Positions 9,917 to 20,502 of a stretch of 64,000 bases of DNA are shown piece by piece (position 1 is the first letter of the stretch; each line of letters opens with the position of its first letter). This DNA comes from Candidatus Heimdallarchaeota archaeon (GTDB lineage Archaea; Asgardarchaeota; Heimdallarchaeia; JABLTI01). Under the pieces are notes generated by a model. The model saw only the letters and a list, made by a program, of their open reading frames with translations, had not been told where the DNA came from and did not search any database. Both the position numbers and the translations under genes were made by a program. Location of the stretch: contig JABCTZ010000046.1 in the NCBI GenBank assembly GCA_018238155.1, positions 160,001 to 224,000 on the forward strand, read 5' to 3'.

Positions 9917-10711
9917 ATGACAAATGAAACTCTACAACGAAAAATTATTTTTGAACTATATTATAAGGATTTAATTACTCCCAATGATAATCTAAATCAT
10001 TCTGTTAAATTGCTTGATGAAATAAAATCGAAAAAAGGGTTTGATTACAAAATTATCAATGAGCTAACCACAGAGCAAGAGGACGATTTGAAAGATGAAA
10101 TCCGTATTGCTGCCGGAAGATGGAAATATAAAGTAGTAACAAAAGGTGGGGGGGCTTTAGTAATCTCGGGGAAAAAAAAATTAAATTACCAACATGGGCC
10201 GATTTTAGTTATTAGAAAAAACAATAAGATAATCGAAGTTTTTCCACGGGGCGATCCAGGTTCCAAAGAAAGTAGATGGACTACAATTGATTTCTTACTC
10301 ACTTTTCTAAAAGAAAAAATTTCAGTAACTGAAGTATTTCGAGGTCAAATATTTTCAGAAGATGATCTGCGAAATTTGATAAAGAGCACCCCTGGAATTA
10401 TTGAGAAGGGATTAACGTATTTTGATATTGAAGTTGAAATTGATTCTTCACGAATAGACTTGGTTCTAATTGACAAAAAGAATCGTCATTTATTATTAGA
10501 ATGCAAATTAAATGCAACAGACAAGACAATTGGGCAAGTAACAAGATACAGCCTTGACCGTTATTCAGAAAAATTTACTCTTCCTAAAGAGAAAATTCGA
10601 CGGGGAATTGTTACTTTGAGTGTTACGGGGCAAATTGCAGATGCTTGTAAAGAGCAAAACATTGAATTGTATATTGTTCGCCTAAAAAATCTAGGCTTTA
10701 AAAATAAGTGA
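9917..10711 (+). CDS. PD-(D/E)xK nuclease with NucS/EndoMS-like C-terminal domain and unrelated N-terminal domain
   Basis: EDDLR..I...P..IEKGL, RIDLVLID, LLLECK, IGQVTRY. Confidence 0.8.
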   Translation: MTNETLQRKIIFELYYKDLITPNDNLNHSVKLLDEIKSKKGFDYKIINELTTEQEDDLKDEIRIAAGRWKYKVVTKGGGALVISGKKKLNYQHGPILVIRKNNKIIEVFPRGDPGSKESRWTTIDFLLTFLKEKISVTEVFRGQIFSEDDLRNLIKSTPGIIEKGLTYFDIEVEIDSSRIDLVLIDKKNRHLLLECKLNATDKTIGQVTRYSLDRYSEKFTLPKEKIRRGIVTLSVTGQIADACKEQNIELYIVRLKNLGFKNK

Positions 10712-10843
10712 TCTTTTTAGTTTATAAAGAATAATTAGACTTGTGCTATATCTTAATACAACAATACTATATATGAATTAATATAGGATATAAAACAAAT
10801 CTAAACTCATACTGAGATATAAAATTCTTTTCAGGTAAAGGTA

Positions 10844-11662
10844 ATGGACAAATCTGTATATAATTCTTTCAAATCGGCTCTTGAAAAAGTCAAAATTAGT
10901 GAATATGACGAAGCATTAGCTATTTGTGACAAGATTATCTCTGAAAATTGTCCCGTTTATAGTATTACTCACACTAATTCATTTAAGATAAGTGAATGGG
11001 AATTTTTTGATGACATCTCTTCTTGTGAGAAAAGTATATACAAAGATGTCAAATGTTACAAAGGATATCTAGCACTCAGCATGCTCTATAAAATTGCCGG
11101 AAACACAGACCGAAGAAAAATATTTCTTCAAAAAGCACTAGAGAGATCTATTACCGTCAACAGAATTTGGCGAGATTTTGGAGAAACTTCATTTCAATTA
11201 GGAAATGTTCGTGAAGCTTTACAAAAATTTCAAGAGGCAATTGCTTTGGATCAATACGATTCTGTTTCTTTTGAGGGAGTTGGTCTTTGTTATTATTATT
11301 TGGACGAACCTTTCAAGTCTTTAACACCTTTAAAGAGAGCATTAACATTAAGTCCAAAAAACCATGCTATAATGAATAATCTATCTTTCATTTTATCTGA
11401 AATTGGCGATCTAGATGATGCTTTGAACTTAATAAAAGAAGCTCTTGAACTTCATAACAAAAGTAATGTTTATTGGGACACTTATGCTTCAATCTTATTT
11501 CTTCAAGAAAAACATGAAGAATCATTAAAAATATTCGAGAAAATTCTTGAAAATGATCCTAAAGATTGGGAAATCTCTTGGGATATCCTAACTAGTATCT
11601 ATAATACATTAGGGTTGCATGTAAAGGCAAAGATAATAGAAGAGAAATTGCATCTCAAATAA
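10844..11662 (+). CDS. Tetratricopeptide repeat protein
   Basis: Several TPRs in the C-terminal two-thirds (WRDFG..., EGVGLCYY, NNLSFIL, WDTYASIL). Confidence 0.85.
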   Translation: MDKSVYNSFKSALEKVKISEYDEALAICDKIISENCPVYSITHTNSFKISEWEFFDDISSCEKSIYKDVKCYKGYLALSMLYKIAGNTDRRKIFLQKALERSITVNRIWRDFGETSFQLGNVREALQKFQEAIALDQYDSVSFEGVGLCYYYLDEPFKSLTPLKRALTLSPKNHAIMNNLSFILSEIGDLDDALNLIKEALELHNKSNVYWDTYASILFLQEKHEESLKIFEKILENDPKDWEISWDILTSIYNTLGLHVKAKIIEEKLHLK

Positions 11663-11682
11663 CTCTTCTCTGTCTATCTATT

Positions 11683-12081
11683 CTAGAAAGTCAAAGTTTT
11701 ATCACATTCATCCATTTTTAATAAAGCAGAATGTAATGAAACTATTTCAACACCAGAAACTAAATCCTCTGGTTTCAATCCAACCATGGTTAGAGAGCTT
11801 TTACAGGACATTACATTTCCACCAAAAGAAATCAACCCATCAAGAAGTTCCTCTGTAGTAAAACTCTCACCCTCAGATTCCTCTTTTTCAGGAGCGTTTT
11901 CATCAGGTTTTCTTGCTATTGCAACAGATTCTTGTAATAACAAAATGGAAATATCAAACTCCTCCATTAATAGTGTTAGAGCAACTCTTAACCCACCAAT
12001 AATTTTGTTACGATGAATGGGTTCATCTGGAGAATCAGTAAAAATAATAAAATATTTCGATGGAAAATTTTTCTCTGTCAT
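11683..12081 (-). CDS. DsrE/DsrF-like family protein
   Basis: GLRVALTL, ILLLQESV, CKSSL..GL..EDLVSGVE pattern. Confidence 0.8.
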   Translation of the reverse strand: MTEKNFPSKYFIIFTDSPDEPIHRNKIIGGLRVALTLLMEEFDISILLLQESVAIARKPDENAPEKEESEGESFTTEELLDGLISFGGNVMSCKSSLTMVGLKPEDLVSGVEIVSLHSALLKMDECDKTLTF

Positions 12082-12361
12082 ACTTACACATCTCTGTTTT
12101 AATTGTAAACGGAAAGTGGTCTTTTTAAAAAATTCTGTTATTTCAGATATTTAGTTATTCTATTTCCTTAACGCAATTTTGTTATTTAATTGTAAAAACA
12201 CCCAATTTTAACCAATTCTCTATTATATATAGAGACATTTATTCAAGTAAGATAAATTTTTTCAAAGACGATATTATTGGAAAAAATATAAATTGATATA
12301 TTATAGTACAAAAGAACAATATATCTGTAACCAAAATCTATATTCAGCAGGAGTTAGAACC

Positions 12362-12634
12362 ATGAAAATAATAAAATCTGCACAGGCGGGTTCATTAGAA
12401 TCTTGTGATATAATGATTACTGTTGACCCCACCACAAAAGGCTTGGGAATCAAAATCATTCTCGAATCTCCGGCAAAAACACAATTTGGTGCTTTAATTC
12501 TTTCAGAGATAAAAGAAGTAGCAAACAAACTCGAAATTAATGATGTTAAAATCACTGCAATCGATAAAGGAGCTCTCGGTTATTGCATTAAAGCTAGAAC
12601 AGAAACAGCATTAAGAAGAGGAGCAGGAGAGTAA
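12362..12634 (+). CDS. citD: Citrate lyase acyl carrier protein (gamma subunit)
   Basis: MKI.K.AQAGSLESCD (prosthetic-group Ser), QFG, DKGAL...IKAR..TA; ATG at 12362 after GGAG. Confidence 0.93.
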   Translation: MKIIKSAQAGSLESCDIMITVDPTTKGLGIKIILESPAKTQFGALILSEIKEVANKLEINDVKITAIDKGALGYCIKARTETALRRGAGE

Positions 12635-12640
12635 AAGAAG

Positions 12641-13552
12641 ATGTCCAAGAGATCAACAAAAAGAAATGATTCTCCAGTTAATCGCTTAAGAAGAACGAGA
12701 TTATATATTCCTGGAAATAATCCGGCGATGATCCAAAATGCAGTTGTTTATGGTGCAGATTCACTTATTTTTGATTTAGAAGATTCAATTTCGCTTGATG
12801 AAAAAGATTCTGCTAGACATTTAGTTAGAAATGCTCTTCTCACTTTAGACTTTGAAGCTTGTGAGGTAACTGTGAGAGTAAATTCATTAGATACAGAATT
12901 TTTCATCAAAGATTTAGAAGCAATTGTTCCAACAAAACCAGATGGATTGCTCTTACCAAAAACACAATCACTTGATGAATTAATTCGAGTAGGTGATTTA
13001 ATTTCTGAAATCGAGGAGAAGAACGATATTTCCATCGGAACAATAAAATTAATGCCTATAATCGAATCTGCGAAAGGAGTACTGAATGTTGAAAAATTTG
13101 CTGAAGCACCTCGAGTTATCGCACTTGGTATGGGTGGAGAAGATTTAGTGGCAGACATTGGAGCGAAACGAACCAAATTTGGTAGAGAATTAGATTATAT
13201 TTCTTCTAAAATTATTTTAGCTTGTGCAGCCAATAAAATCCAAGCAATTGATACAGTATTTATTGATGTAAATGATACAGAAGGACTTTACGAAGCATCC
13301 TTACGAGCAATTGAAATAGGATTCCAAGGAAAGAGTGTAATCCATCCAAGTCAAATTCAACATGTTCATAGAGCCTTTTCTCCGTCTCAAGAAGAAATTG
13401 AAAGAGCGAGAAGAATTGTAAAAGCATACAAAGATGCGAAGAAAAAGAGCCTTGGTGTTATCTCAGTAGATGGTCGAATGGTAGACCTTCCAGTAGTTAG
13501 ACGTTCTGAGAAAATTCTCAAATGGGCAGAAGCAAGTCAACAGAAGATCTAA
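12641..13552 (+). CDS. citE: Citrate lyase beta subunit (citryl-ACP lyase)
   Basis: LRRTRLYIPGNNP, FDLEDSI..DEKDSAR, VRVN, IESAKGV, GGED, GKSVIHPSQ, DGRMVD. Confidence 0.93.
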   Translation: MSKRSTKRNDSPVNRLRRTRLYIPGNNPAMIQNAVVYGADSLIFDLEDSISLDEKDSARHLVRNALLTLDFEACEVTVRVNSLDTEFFIKDLEAIVPTKPDGLLLPKTQSLDELIRVGDLISEIEEKNDISIGTIKLMPIIESAKGVLNVEKFAEAPRVIALGMGGEDLVADIGAKRTKFGRELDYISSKIILACAANKIQAIDTVFIDVNDTEGLYEASLRAIEIGFQGKSVIHPSQIQHVHRAFSPSQEEIERARRIVKAYKDAKKKSLGVISVDGRMVDLPVVRRSEKILKWAEASQQKI

Positions 13553-13571
13553 ACATTATGAGGAATTAGAA

Positions 13572-15134
13572 ATGAAATTTGTAACAAATATAATTGGAAG
13601 GTCTATTCCAGAGGAATTGTATGGCAAGAAATTAATACCATTTACTGGTAAAGGGAAAGGACCGTATAAAGAGAGAAAATATGCCCCGAAAATCAGAAGA
13701 ACATCACCTGGAGATTGTAAAGTACTAAAATCTTTACCAGAAGCAATTAAAAAAGGCGGGTTAGCAGATGGAGGTACAATTTCATTTCATCACCACTTTA
13801 GAAATGGCGATTTTTTATTAAACATGGTTTGTCATGAAATAGCAAAAATGGGTTTGAAGGATATTAGATTGGTTCCATCGTCAATTCAACCAATAAACAA
13901 CGAACTCTTACCATATCTCGAGAAAGGAATTATCACTCATATCAATTGTGGAACTTCGGGAAAAATAGCTGATGCAATATCTCGAGGGAAAATGAAGGGG
14001 TTATTAACAATAAGATCGCATGGAGGTCGTGCACGGTCAATTGAAAATGGTGACGTGGAAATTGACATTGCTTTTATTGCTTCACCAACAAGTGATGAGT
14101 ACGGAAATATCAATGGAGTCCATGGTAAAAATGCTTGCGGTTCTTTGGGATACGCGATGCCCGATGCCCAATTTGCAAACTACGTTGTAGCTGTTACCAA
14201 CACTCTTGTTCCATTCCCGAACAATCCGATAAGCATCAGTCAAGACCATGTAGATAGCGTTGTTTTACTGAAGAAGCCTATTGGAGATCCTGCAGGTATT
14301 GTTACAACTTCTTTACGTGTTACTCGTGACCCAAAAAACCTCAAAATTGCTCGAGATAGTATTGAAGTAATAAAAGCGTCAGGATTGCTTAAAGAAGGGT
14401 TATCATATCAAAGTGGCGCAGGAGGAACTGCACTTGCAGCTACTCAATATCTGAGTGAATATATGAAAGCAAAAGGAATAAAAGGTTCATTTGGAATGGG
14501 TGGAGCAACAGAAGCTCTTGTAAAAATGTTAGAAGATGGACTTTTTGATGCAGTATTAGATGTCCAAAGTTTTGATACATATGCTGTTCAATCATTATTA
14601 AATAATCCAAAACATATTGAGATGGGTGCAAGCCAATATGCAAATCCTTTGTCGTCAGGTTGTGCAGTAAATTTGCTTGACACAGTGATCTTAGGTTGTA
14701 CTGAAATTGATACAAAGTTCAATGTAAACACCTCCACAGAATCAGATGGCAGAATTATGCATGGTATGGGTGGGCATCAAGATACATCAGAAGGAGCAAA
14801 ATTAACAATTATTGCAGCTCCTTTACTTAGAGGAAGAATTCCAATAGTTGTTGATGATGTAATTTCAGTAAATTCTCCGGGAGAAAACATCGATGCCATT
14901 GTTACAGAACGAGGAATTGCAGTGAACCCAAAGTCTCAATTTTTCGAATTACTAACGAAAAACAAGAATCTCAATATCAAAAACATTGAAGATTTGAAGA
15001 AAGAAGCAGAAAAACTCGTTGGTGGAAAACCACTGAAACCAAAAGTGACTGATCGTATTGTTGCAATAATTGAATACCGAGATGGTTCTGTTTTAGATGT
15101 CATTTATCAAATTGAAAATTATACTAATAAATAA
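13572..15134 (+). CDS. citF: Citrate lyase alpha subunit (citrate:ACP transferase)
   Basis: TISFHHHFRNGD, RSHGGRAR, ACGSLGYA, QSGAGG, GGHQDT, EYRDGSVLD. Confidence 0.95.
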   Translation: MKFVTNIIGRSIPEELYGKKLIPFTGKGKGPYKERKYAPKIRRTSPGDCKVLKSLPEAIKKGGLADGGTISFHHHFRNGDFLLNMVCHEIAKMGLKDIRLVPSSIQPINNELLPYLEKGIITHINCGTSGKIADAISRGKMKGLLTIRSHGGRARSIENGDVEIDIAFIASPTSDEYGNINGVHGKNACGSLGYAMPDAQFANYVVAVTNTLVPFPNNPISISQDHVDSVVLLKKPIGDPAGIVTTSLRVTRDPKNLKIARDSIEVIKASGLLKEGLSYQSGAGGTALAATQYLSEYMKAKGIKGSFGMGGATEALVKMLEDGLFDAVLDVQSFDTYAVQSLLNNPKHIEMGASQYANPLSSGCAVNLLDTVILGCTEIDTKFNVNTSTESDGRIMHGMGGHQDTSEGAKLTIIAAPLLRGRIPIVVDDVISVNSPGENIDAIVTERGIAVNPKSQFFELLTKNKNLNIKNIEDLKKEAEKLVGGKPLKPKVTDRIVAIIEYRDGSVLDVIYQIENYTNK

Positions 15135-15175
15135 TTATTGAGAAACTTTTTTCTCAATAAAGCAATTTTTTATTT
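15135..15175 (+). terminator. Hairpin + T-tract terminator after citF
   Basis: TTATTGAGAAA-CTTT-TTTCTCAATAA perfect 11-bp stem followed by T-rich run. Confidence 0.55.
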
Positions 15176-15277
15176 TCACGGTGAAATCCTGGTTAAAAAA
15201 TTTAAGCATATAAAGACATGTTTATATTAGATTACAGTTATCTTTACCTTATATAAATAACGGGGAAATTTTTACTA

Positions 15278-15538
15278 ATGCCATTTATGACAAATAAAAA
15301 GAAACAATTATTGAAAGTGCTAATACTAGCAACTGCTCTCATACCAATTTATGTCATCTTTATGGCAATCTTTCAAGAAGGTCTTGCTGGACTTTCGATA
15401 TTTACATCGATTTATTCAACGATGATGATCGGCATTTGGACTTTGTATTATTTTGATGCTTTTGACAAAAATCCAACAATCAACAATACAAATGGCAAAT
15501 TAGCTTTAAATAATGAAGAAACTTTGAAACCAAATTAA
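15278..15538 (+). CDS. Small 2-TM membrane protein
   Basis: 86-aa ORF with two hydrophobic helices, AT-rich TATA-like upstream region, downstream T-tract. Confidence 0.65.
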   Translation: MPFMTNKKKQLLKVLILATALIPIYVIFMAIFQEGLAGLSIFTSIYSTMMIGIWTLYYFDAFDKNPTINNTNGKLALNNEETLKPN

Positions 15539-15677
15539 GTTTCAAGCATTTTCAAAATTTTTTTCTCATTCTAAATCAGCTATTTTTGTACCTTTTCTTT
15601 GTTTTTTTATTGACTGTATCAAAACATTAAATATGTTCAATTGGAATTAAAGATTAAAAGTAAAATGAATCGATTTA

Positions 15678-17648
15678 TTGAGGTTGATTATTATCACAAT
15701 AACAGAAAGAAAAGCTTCAAAACGAGAAATAGCACTAACAAAACAGCAAAAAGAAATTAGAGACATCCCAAATTCACATGTTAAATGGTTAATTCAACGC
15801 ATATTCAAACAAAAATTCAGTGCTATTTTTGTCATTGTTGCATCTATTCTGTCCATTTGTCTTAACATGACTCGCCCAATAATTATGGGACTTCTCTTTG
15901 ACAAGTTAGAGTATTGGTATGAATATCATGCAGAATTTGGTATTGAACCTCCACTATCATTATACCTTTCCAAAATATGGTTGAATGGAGACATAGCCGT
16001 TTATATGTTATTAGTTTTGATTCTAGGATTAATCGCTTTTATAATTAATATTTCTCTTGGAATACTAAATGAGCGAGTTGCCCAAAGAACTGAAAGAGAT
16101 ATTCGCAATGATTTTTATGCCTCAGTGCAAAGCAAATCAATGGCATTTCATGATACTGCTAAAGTTGGAGAGCTTATGTCTCAAGCAACTTTTGATGTAA
16201 GAATGATTAATGTAACAATTTCTCCTGGTTTACGTATGATCACACAAGCAGTCTTAACTGCAAGTATTGCAATAAGTTTAACTTTTTATTACAGTTGGAA
16301 AATAGGTTTAATTCTAATTGGTATGTTACCATTCTATATTTGGACTGTAAGGAATTACTCAATCAATATTAAACCATTAACTGAAAAGGTTCAAACCCAA
16401 TTTGGTATTAGTAATGCATTATTACAAGAAAACGTTTCAGGTATAAGAGTTGTCAGAGCATTTACTGCAGAGAGACATGAATATAAACGATTTTCAAAAG
16501 AAATCGACACTCTCAGAGATGATATTATCAATAGAGGTAAACGACAAGCATTCTATCTTGCTCCTCTCGTTCTCTCAATAACTATTGCCATTTCTCTAGG
16601 TTTAAGTGTATTTTTTATTCGCCAAGGGCAAATGACCGTTGGAAATGCAATAGCAATCAATGGGTCTCTTATTCAATTATATGATCCCACATTTATGCTT
16701 TCTTGGGTAGTTTATTTAACAAATATGGGCATTGCAGGTGCTAAGAGAATATTAGGAACAATGAAAGAAGAAAGAATAATACTTGAAAATCCTGATGCGA
16801 AAGAATTAGAGAATGTAAAAGGTAAAATTGAATATCGCAATGTAAACTTTTGTTATCACACCCATCGAAAGAAAATTGATAGTACTGAAAATAAAGAAAA
16901 CACGAAAAAAGTTAGAAATACTTTGCAAGAAGTCACTTTCTCTGCAAAACCAGGAGATATAATAGCAATCTTAGGACCTACAGGATGTGGAAAATCAACC
17001 ATCACTAAATTGTTAGCAAGAATGTACGATCCAGATTCAGGTGAAATATTAATTGATGGACACAACATAAAAGATGTTACAATAGAATCTTTAAGAAAAA
17101 ATATTGGCGTTATTGAGCAAGATGTATTTCTTTTTTCGACTACTCTAAAAGAGAATATTGCCTATGGTCTTAATAGAGATGTCTCAGATGAAGAAGTAAT
17201 AGAATTTGCCAAAGCTGCTCAAGCACATGAATTCATTCTCTCATTTGATGAAGGCTATGATACTATTGTTGGAGAAAGAGGAGTTACACTCTCAGGCGGA
17301 CAAAAACAAAGGATTGCTATTGCACGAGCCTTTTTAGCTGATCCTAAAATACTTATTCTCGATGATTCTGCGTCAGCTATTGATGCTGAAACTGAAGAGA
17401 AAATTCAGAAAGCAATGAACAATCTTCTGCAAAATCGCACTGTGTTCATAATCACCCACCGTCTTTCTACAATTAAACGTGCAAACAAGATTATTGTTAT
17501 GAGAAAAGGAAAAATCGTTTCTCAAGGAAATCACGACCAACTCTTAAAAATGAGTGAAGATTACCGAAGAGTATTTGGTCGGCACATAAATTTGCCGCCA
17601 ATTGAGACAATTTCTACAGAAGAATTAGTTACGGGAGGAACAAAATAA
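15678..17648 (+). CDS. Heterodimeric ABC exporter, subunit 1 (TMD+NBD, degenerate Walker B)
   Basis: 6-TM domain, GPTGCGKST, LSGGQ, ILDD; exact start uncertain. Confidence 0.92.
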   Translation: MRLIIITITERKASKREIALTKQQKEIRDIPNSHVKWLIQRIFKQKFSAIFVIVASILSICLNMTRPIIMGLLFDKLEYWYEYHAEFGIEPPLSLYLSKIWLNGDIAVYMLLVLILGLIAFIINISLGILNERVAQRTERDIRNDFYASVQSKSMAFHDTAKVGELMSQATFDVRMINVTISPGLRMITQAVLTASIAISLTFYYSWKIGLILIGMLPFYIWTVRNYSINIKPLTEKVQTQFGISNALLQENVSGIRVVRAFTAERHEYKRFSKEIDTLRDDIINRGKRQAFYLAPLVLSITIAISLGLSVFFIRQGQMTVGNAIAINGSLIQLYDPTFMLSWVVYLTNMGIAGAKRILGTMKEERIILENPDAKELENVKGKIEYRNVNFCYHTHRKKIDSTENKENTKKVRNTLQEVTFSAKPGDIIAILGPTGCGKSTITKLLARMYDPDSGEILIDGHNIKDVTIESLRKNIGVIEQDVFLFSTTLKENIAYGLNRDVSDEEVIEFAKAAQAHEFILSFDEGYDTIVGERGVTLSGGQKQRIAIARAFLADPKILILDDSASAIDAETEEKIQKAMNNLLQNRTVFIITHRLSTIKRANKIIVMRKGKIVSQGNHDQLLKMSEDYRRVFGRHINLPPIETISTEELVTGGTK

Positions 17649-19453
17649 TGTCTTGGTTCGGTGTCGGAAGAAGCGAAGAAGAAGATGAAACAAAGTTCAC
17701 AGACAGAGAGCTGACTGTGAAAATGTTCAAATATATTTCCCCATACAAGAAAGCAATTATTGTTACAACATTGATTATCGTGATCAATACATTTCTAACT
17801 CTTTTACCTCCAATAATCATCAGTTCATTGCTTGATCGAGCAATTATGGAAGGAGTTAACCACGATACCTGGATAATAATTGGTTTAGTCGGGGCAAATA
17901 TTGGTATTAATATTCTAACTTGGTTGTTAGGAGATTATCTCAGAGTTGTTATTACAATAAAAACAGTTAGTAAATCAACAAGAAATTTACGTATGGATAT
18001 GTTTCAAAAACTACAAAATCATGATTTTAGATTCTTTGATACTCATATTACAGGTAAAATCATGTCTCGAGTAATGAATGACACAGATACACTTCGAGAT
18101 ACGCTATCATTTATTACACAGCTAATTGGAAATGTTCTCTTAATACTTGCATCCGCAGGAGTACTATTTTATCTTAATTGGAAGCTTGCTTTGGTCTCAT
18201 TAGCAATGACTCCTGTAGTATTCTTGGTAATGTATATTTATCGTAAAATAGTAAGAAGAACAATGCTCAACTGGAGAAAAACCGTTGCAGCAGTAAACGC
18301 TGCCATGGGTGAAAGTATTTCTGGAATCTCAGTCAGTAAATCATTCTCCCGGGAGAAGAAGAATCTCATAGATTTCAAGAAGATTAACAATGATAATTAC
18401 AAAGCATCCTTTAATCGTGCACTCACCTTTGCAACAATGTGGCCAATAATTGGATTTTTACAAGTAATAATTCTTGTAGCACTTTTAACATATGGTGGGC
18501 ACCTATCAATTATGGGATTAGAATTAACCTCAGGGCAACTTTATGCTTTCACGCTTTACCTTTGGCGATTTTTCTTCCCATTAACTCAAGTAGCAAACTT
18601 TTATTCTCAATTTCAAGCAGGATTAGCAGCTATGGGTAGGATATTTGGTTTAATGGAAGTTGAGTCAGAAGTAAAGCAAGTTGAAGAACCGATAATCATA
18701 CCAGAATTTAAAGGAGAAATTGAGTTCAAAAATATGGATTTCTGGTACAATGAAAAAGAACCAATATTCAAGAATTTCTCCCTAAAAATAAAGGCTGGGG
18801 AAAAAATTGCTATTGTTGGTCAAACAGGAGCAGGGAAAACGACTCTTGCATCCCTTATCGCAAGGTTTTATGAGATTAAAGGAGGACAGATACTAATTGA
18901 CGGAGTAGATATGCGCGAGTTGCACATTCAATGGTATCGTCAACAAGTTTCTCTTGTACTCCAAGATAGCTTTTTGTTTGCAGGGTCAATAAAAGAAAAT
19001 ATCAAGTTTGGTAGAATCTGGGATAGCCCCACTGAAAAAGAAATCTTTGCTGCAGCAGAAGCAGTGCAAGCAACTGAATTTATTGAGGACTTCCCTGAAG
19101 GGTTCGAAACAGACGTGCTTGAACGTGGAAAAAGATTGTCTACTGGACAAAGACAATTGGTTACCTTTGCTCGAGCTTTACTTGCCGATTCAAAGATTTT
19201 GATATTAGACGAAGCAACAGCTAGTGTTGATGCTTACACTGAAGCAATGATCCAAGATGCTCTTGATACCATAATGGAGAATCGAACTTCAATTGTTATC
19301 GCCCATCGATTATCAACAATAAAAAATGTAGACAAAATCATAATGATAGAAAAAGGTGAAATTGTTGAAATAGGTAATCATAATCAGCTCCTCAAAAAGA
19401 AAGGAAAATATGCCGAGCTCTTTGAAACCTACTTCAAACATCAATCACTTTAA
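17648..19453 (+). CDS. Heterodimeric ABC exporter, subunit 2 (TMD+NBD)
   Basis: GQTGAGKTT, degenerate signature LSTGQ, ILDEAT, AHRLST; TAATG overlap with upstream gene. Confidence 0.93.
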   Translation: MSWFGVGRSEEEDETKFTDRELTVKMFKYISPYKKAIIVTTLIIVINTFLTLLPPIIISSLLDRAIMEGVNHDTWIIIGLVGANIGINILTWLLGDYLRVVITIKTVSKSTRNLRMDMFQKLQNHDFRFFDTHITGKIMSRVMNDTDTLRDTLSFITQLIGNVLLILASAGVLFYLNWKLALVSLAMTPVVFLVMYIYRKIVRRTMLNWRKTVAAVNAAMGESISGISVSKSFSREKKNLIDFKKINNDNYKASFNRALTFATMWPIIGFLQVIILVALLTYGGHLSIMGLELTSGQLYAFTLYLWRFFFPLTQVANFYSQFQAGLAAMGRIFGLMEVESEVKQVEEPIIIPEFKGEIEFKNMDFWYNEKEPIFKNFSLKIKAGEKIAIVGQTGAGKTTLASLIARFYEIKGGQILIDGVDMRELHIQWYRQQVSLVLQDSFLFAGSIKENIKFGRIWDSPTEKEIFAAAEAVQATEFIEDFPEGFETDVLERGKRLSTGQRQLVTFARALLADSKILILDEATASVDAYTEAMIQDALDTIMENRTSIVIAHRLSTIKNVDKIIMIEKGEIVEIGNHNQLLKKKGKYAELFETYFKHQSL

Positions 19454-19480
19454 TTTCTCTTTTTTTCCTGTTTAACTATG

Positions 19481-20431
19481 TTAAATCCAAAACATAATGA
19501 AAAAACCGATTACTTCAACACCAATGCAAGCAGTGACAATATTGAAAACTAGTAAATCGGTTTTCCAGTTTTTCTTCCACAGTAATATAAAAGCAACTAA
19601 ACCAATTAGCATTGATAAAACGATTGTTATCAAAAATGCCCAGATATTGAGATCATATAACAAGAAAACTATGAATAATATTCCTTCGATCAACAATATA
19701 CCTATCCAGTAAAATATTGTTGAAAGCTTCTTACCTAGAAAGACGGCAAAGTTTCTCTTTCCATGTTCAATATCATACTCTAAATCAGGCAATTCGTTTG
19801 CAATATGTGCTGGAAAACTTACAAAGACTATTATTGGCAGAATCCACAAATATTTCAAATCGAATCCTCCAAAAGTAATCCAAATATAAGTTGGAATTAA
19901 AGGAAACCCAAGCATAAAGGGAATAATACTTATCGGTTGATGTTTTGCATAGACATTATAAAAAATACCAACTAGATTTGCTCCTTGAACATAGAGAACA
20001 CCCCAAAAATTTGTTATCGACCAGAATCCCACTCCAATAGAAAATCCAGTAAACAATATAAAACATACTATCCCAAACCAAAATGCAAAAGTTGCACTTA
20101 CCCATTCATCACTAATAGCTTTACTTTTTTTATATAGTGAATCAATTTCTCTGTCAAGATAATCATTCTGTATCCCACAAAATGCTTGTTGGAAGAATAT
20201 AGTGAGTATTAAAAAAATCAAAGGAGTAATTGGAATTATTCCATTTGAGATATTTTGAAATAGTTCATCAAAAGTTCCATTGCCTTTCAATGTCAATATA
20301 GCTACACATGCTCCAATTGTGGTCCCGGTTATAACGGGGAGAAAATGCATTAATCTGAATGCACCAATAAAACCTTTTACAAATCTGAATCGATTATTTT
20401 GATAGGTAGTAATATCTGACATACTAGTCAC
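19481..20431 (-). CDS. UbiA-family prenyltransferase
   Basis: NDYLDREID and NELPDLEYD Asp-rich motifs, about 8 TM helices. Confidence 0.88.
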   Translation of the reverse strand: MTSMSDITTYQNNRFRFVKGFIGAFRLMHFLPVITGTTIGACVAILTLKGNGTFDELFQNISNGIIPITPLIFLILTIFFQQAFCGIQNDYLDREIDSLYKKSKAISDEWVSATFAFWFGIVCFILFTGFSIGVGFWSITNFWGVLYVQGANLVGIFYNVYAKHQPISIIPFMLGFPLIPTYIWITFGGFDLKYLWILPIIVFVSFPAHIANELPDLEYDIEHGKRNFAVFLGKKLSTIFYWIGILLIEGILFIVFLLYDLNIWAFLITIVLSMLIGLVAFILLWKKNWKTDLLVFNIVTACIGVEVIGFFIMFWI

Positions 20432-20502
20432 AAATTAGTTATTAAAATAACAGTATATTAATTTTTACTGTTAAAAATTAAACAGCAAAGTACATTACAT
20501 AC

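Noticed and set aside
9666-9923. 85-aa minus-strand ORF / possible PIN toxin remnant (DAIHL in another frame)
   Set aside because: Only a five-residue resemblance among stops; not enough to call.
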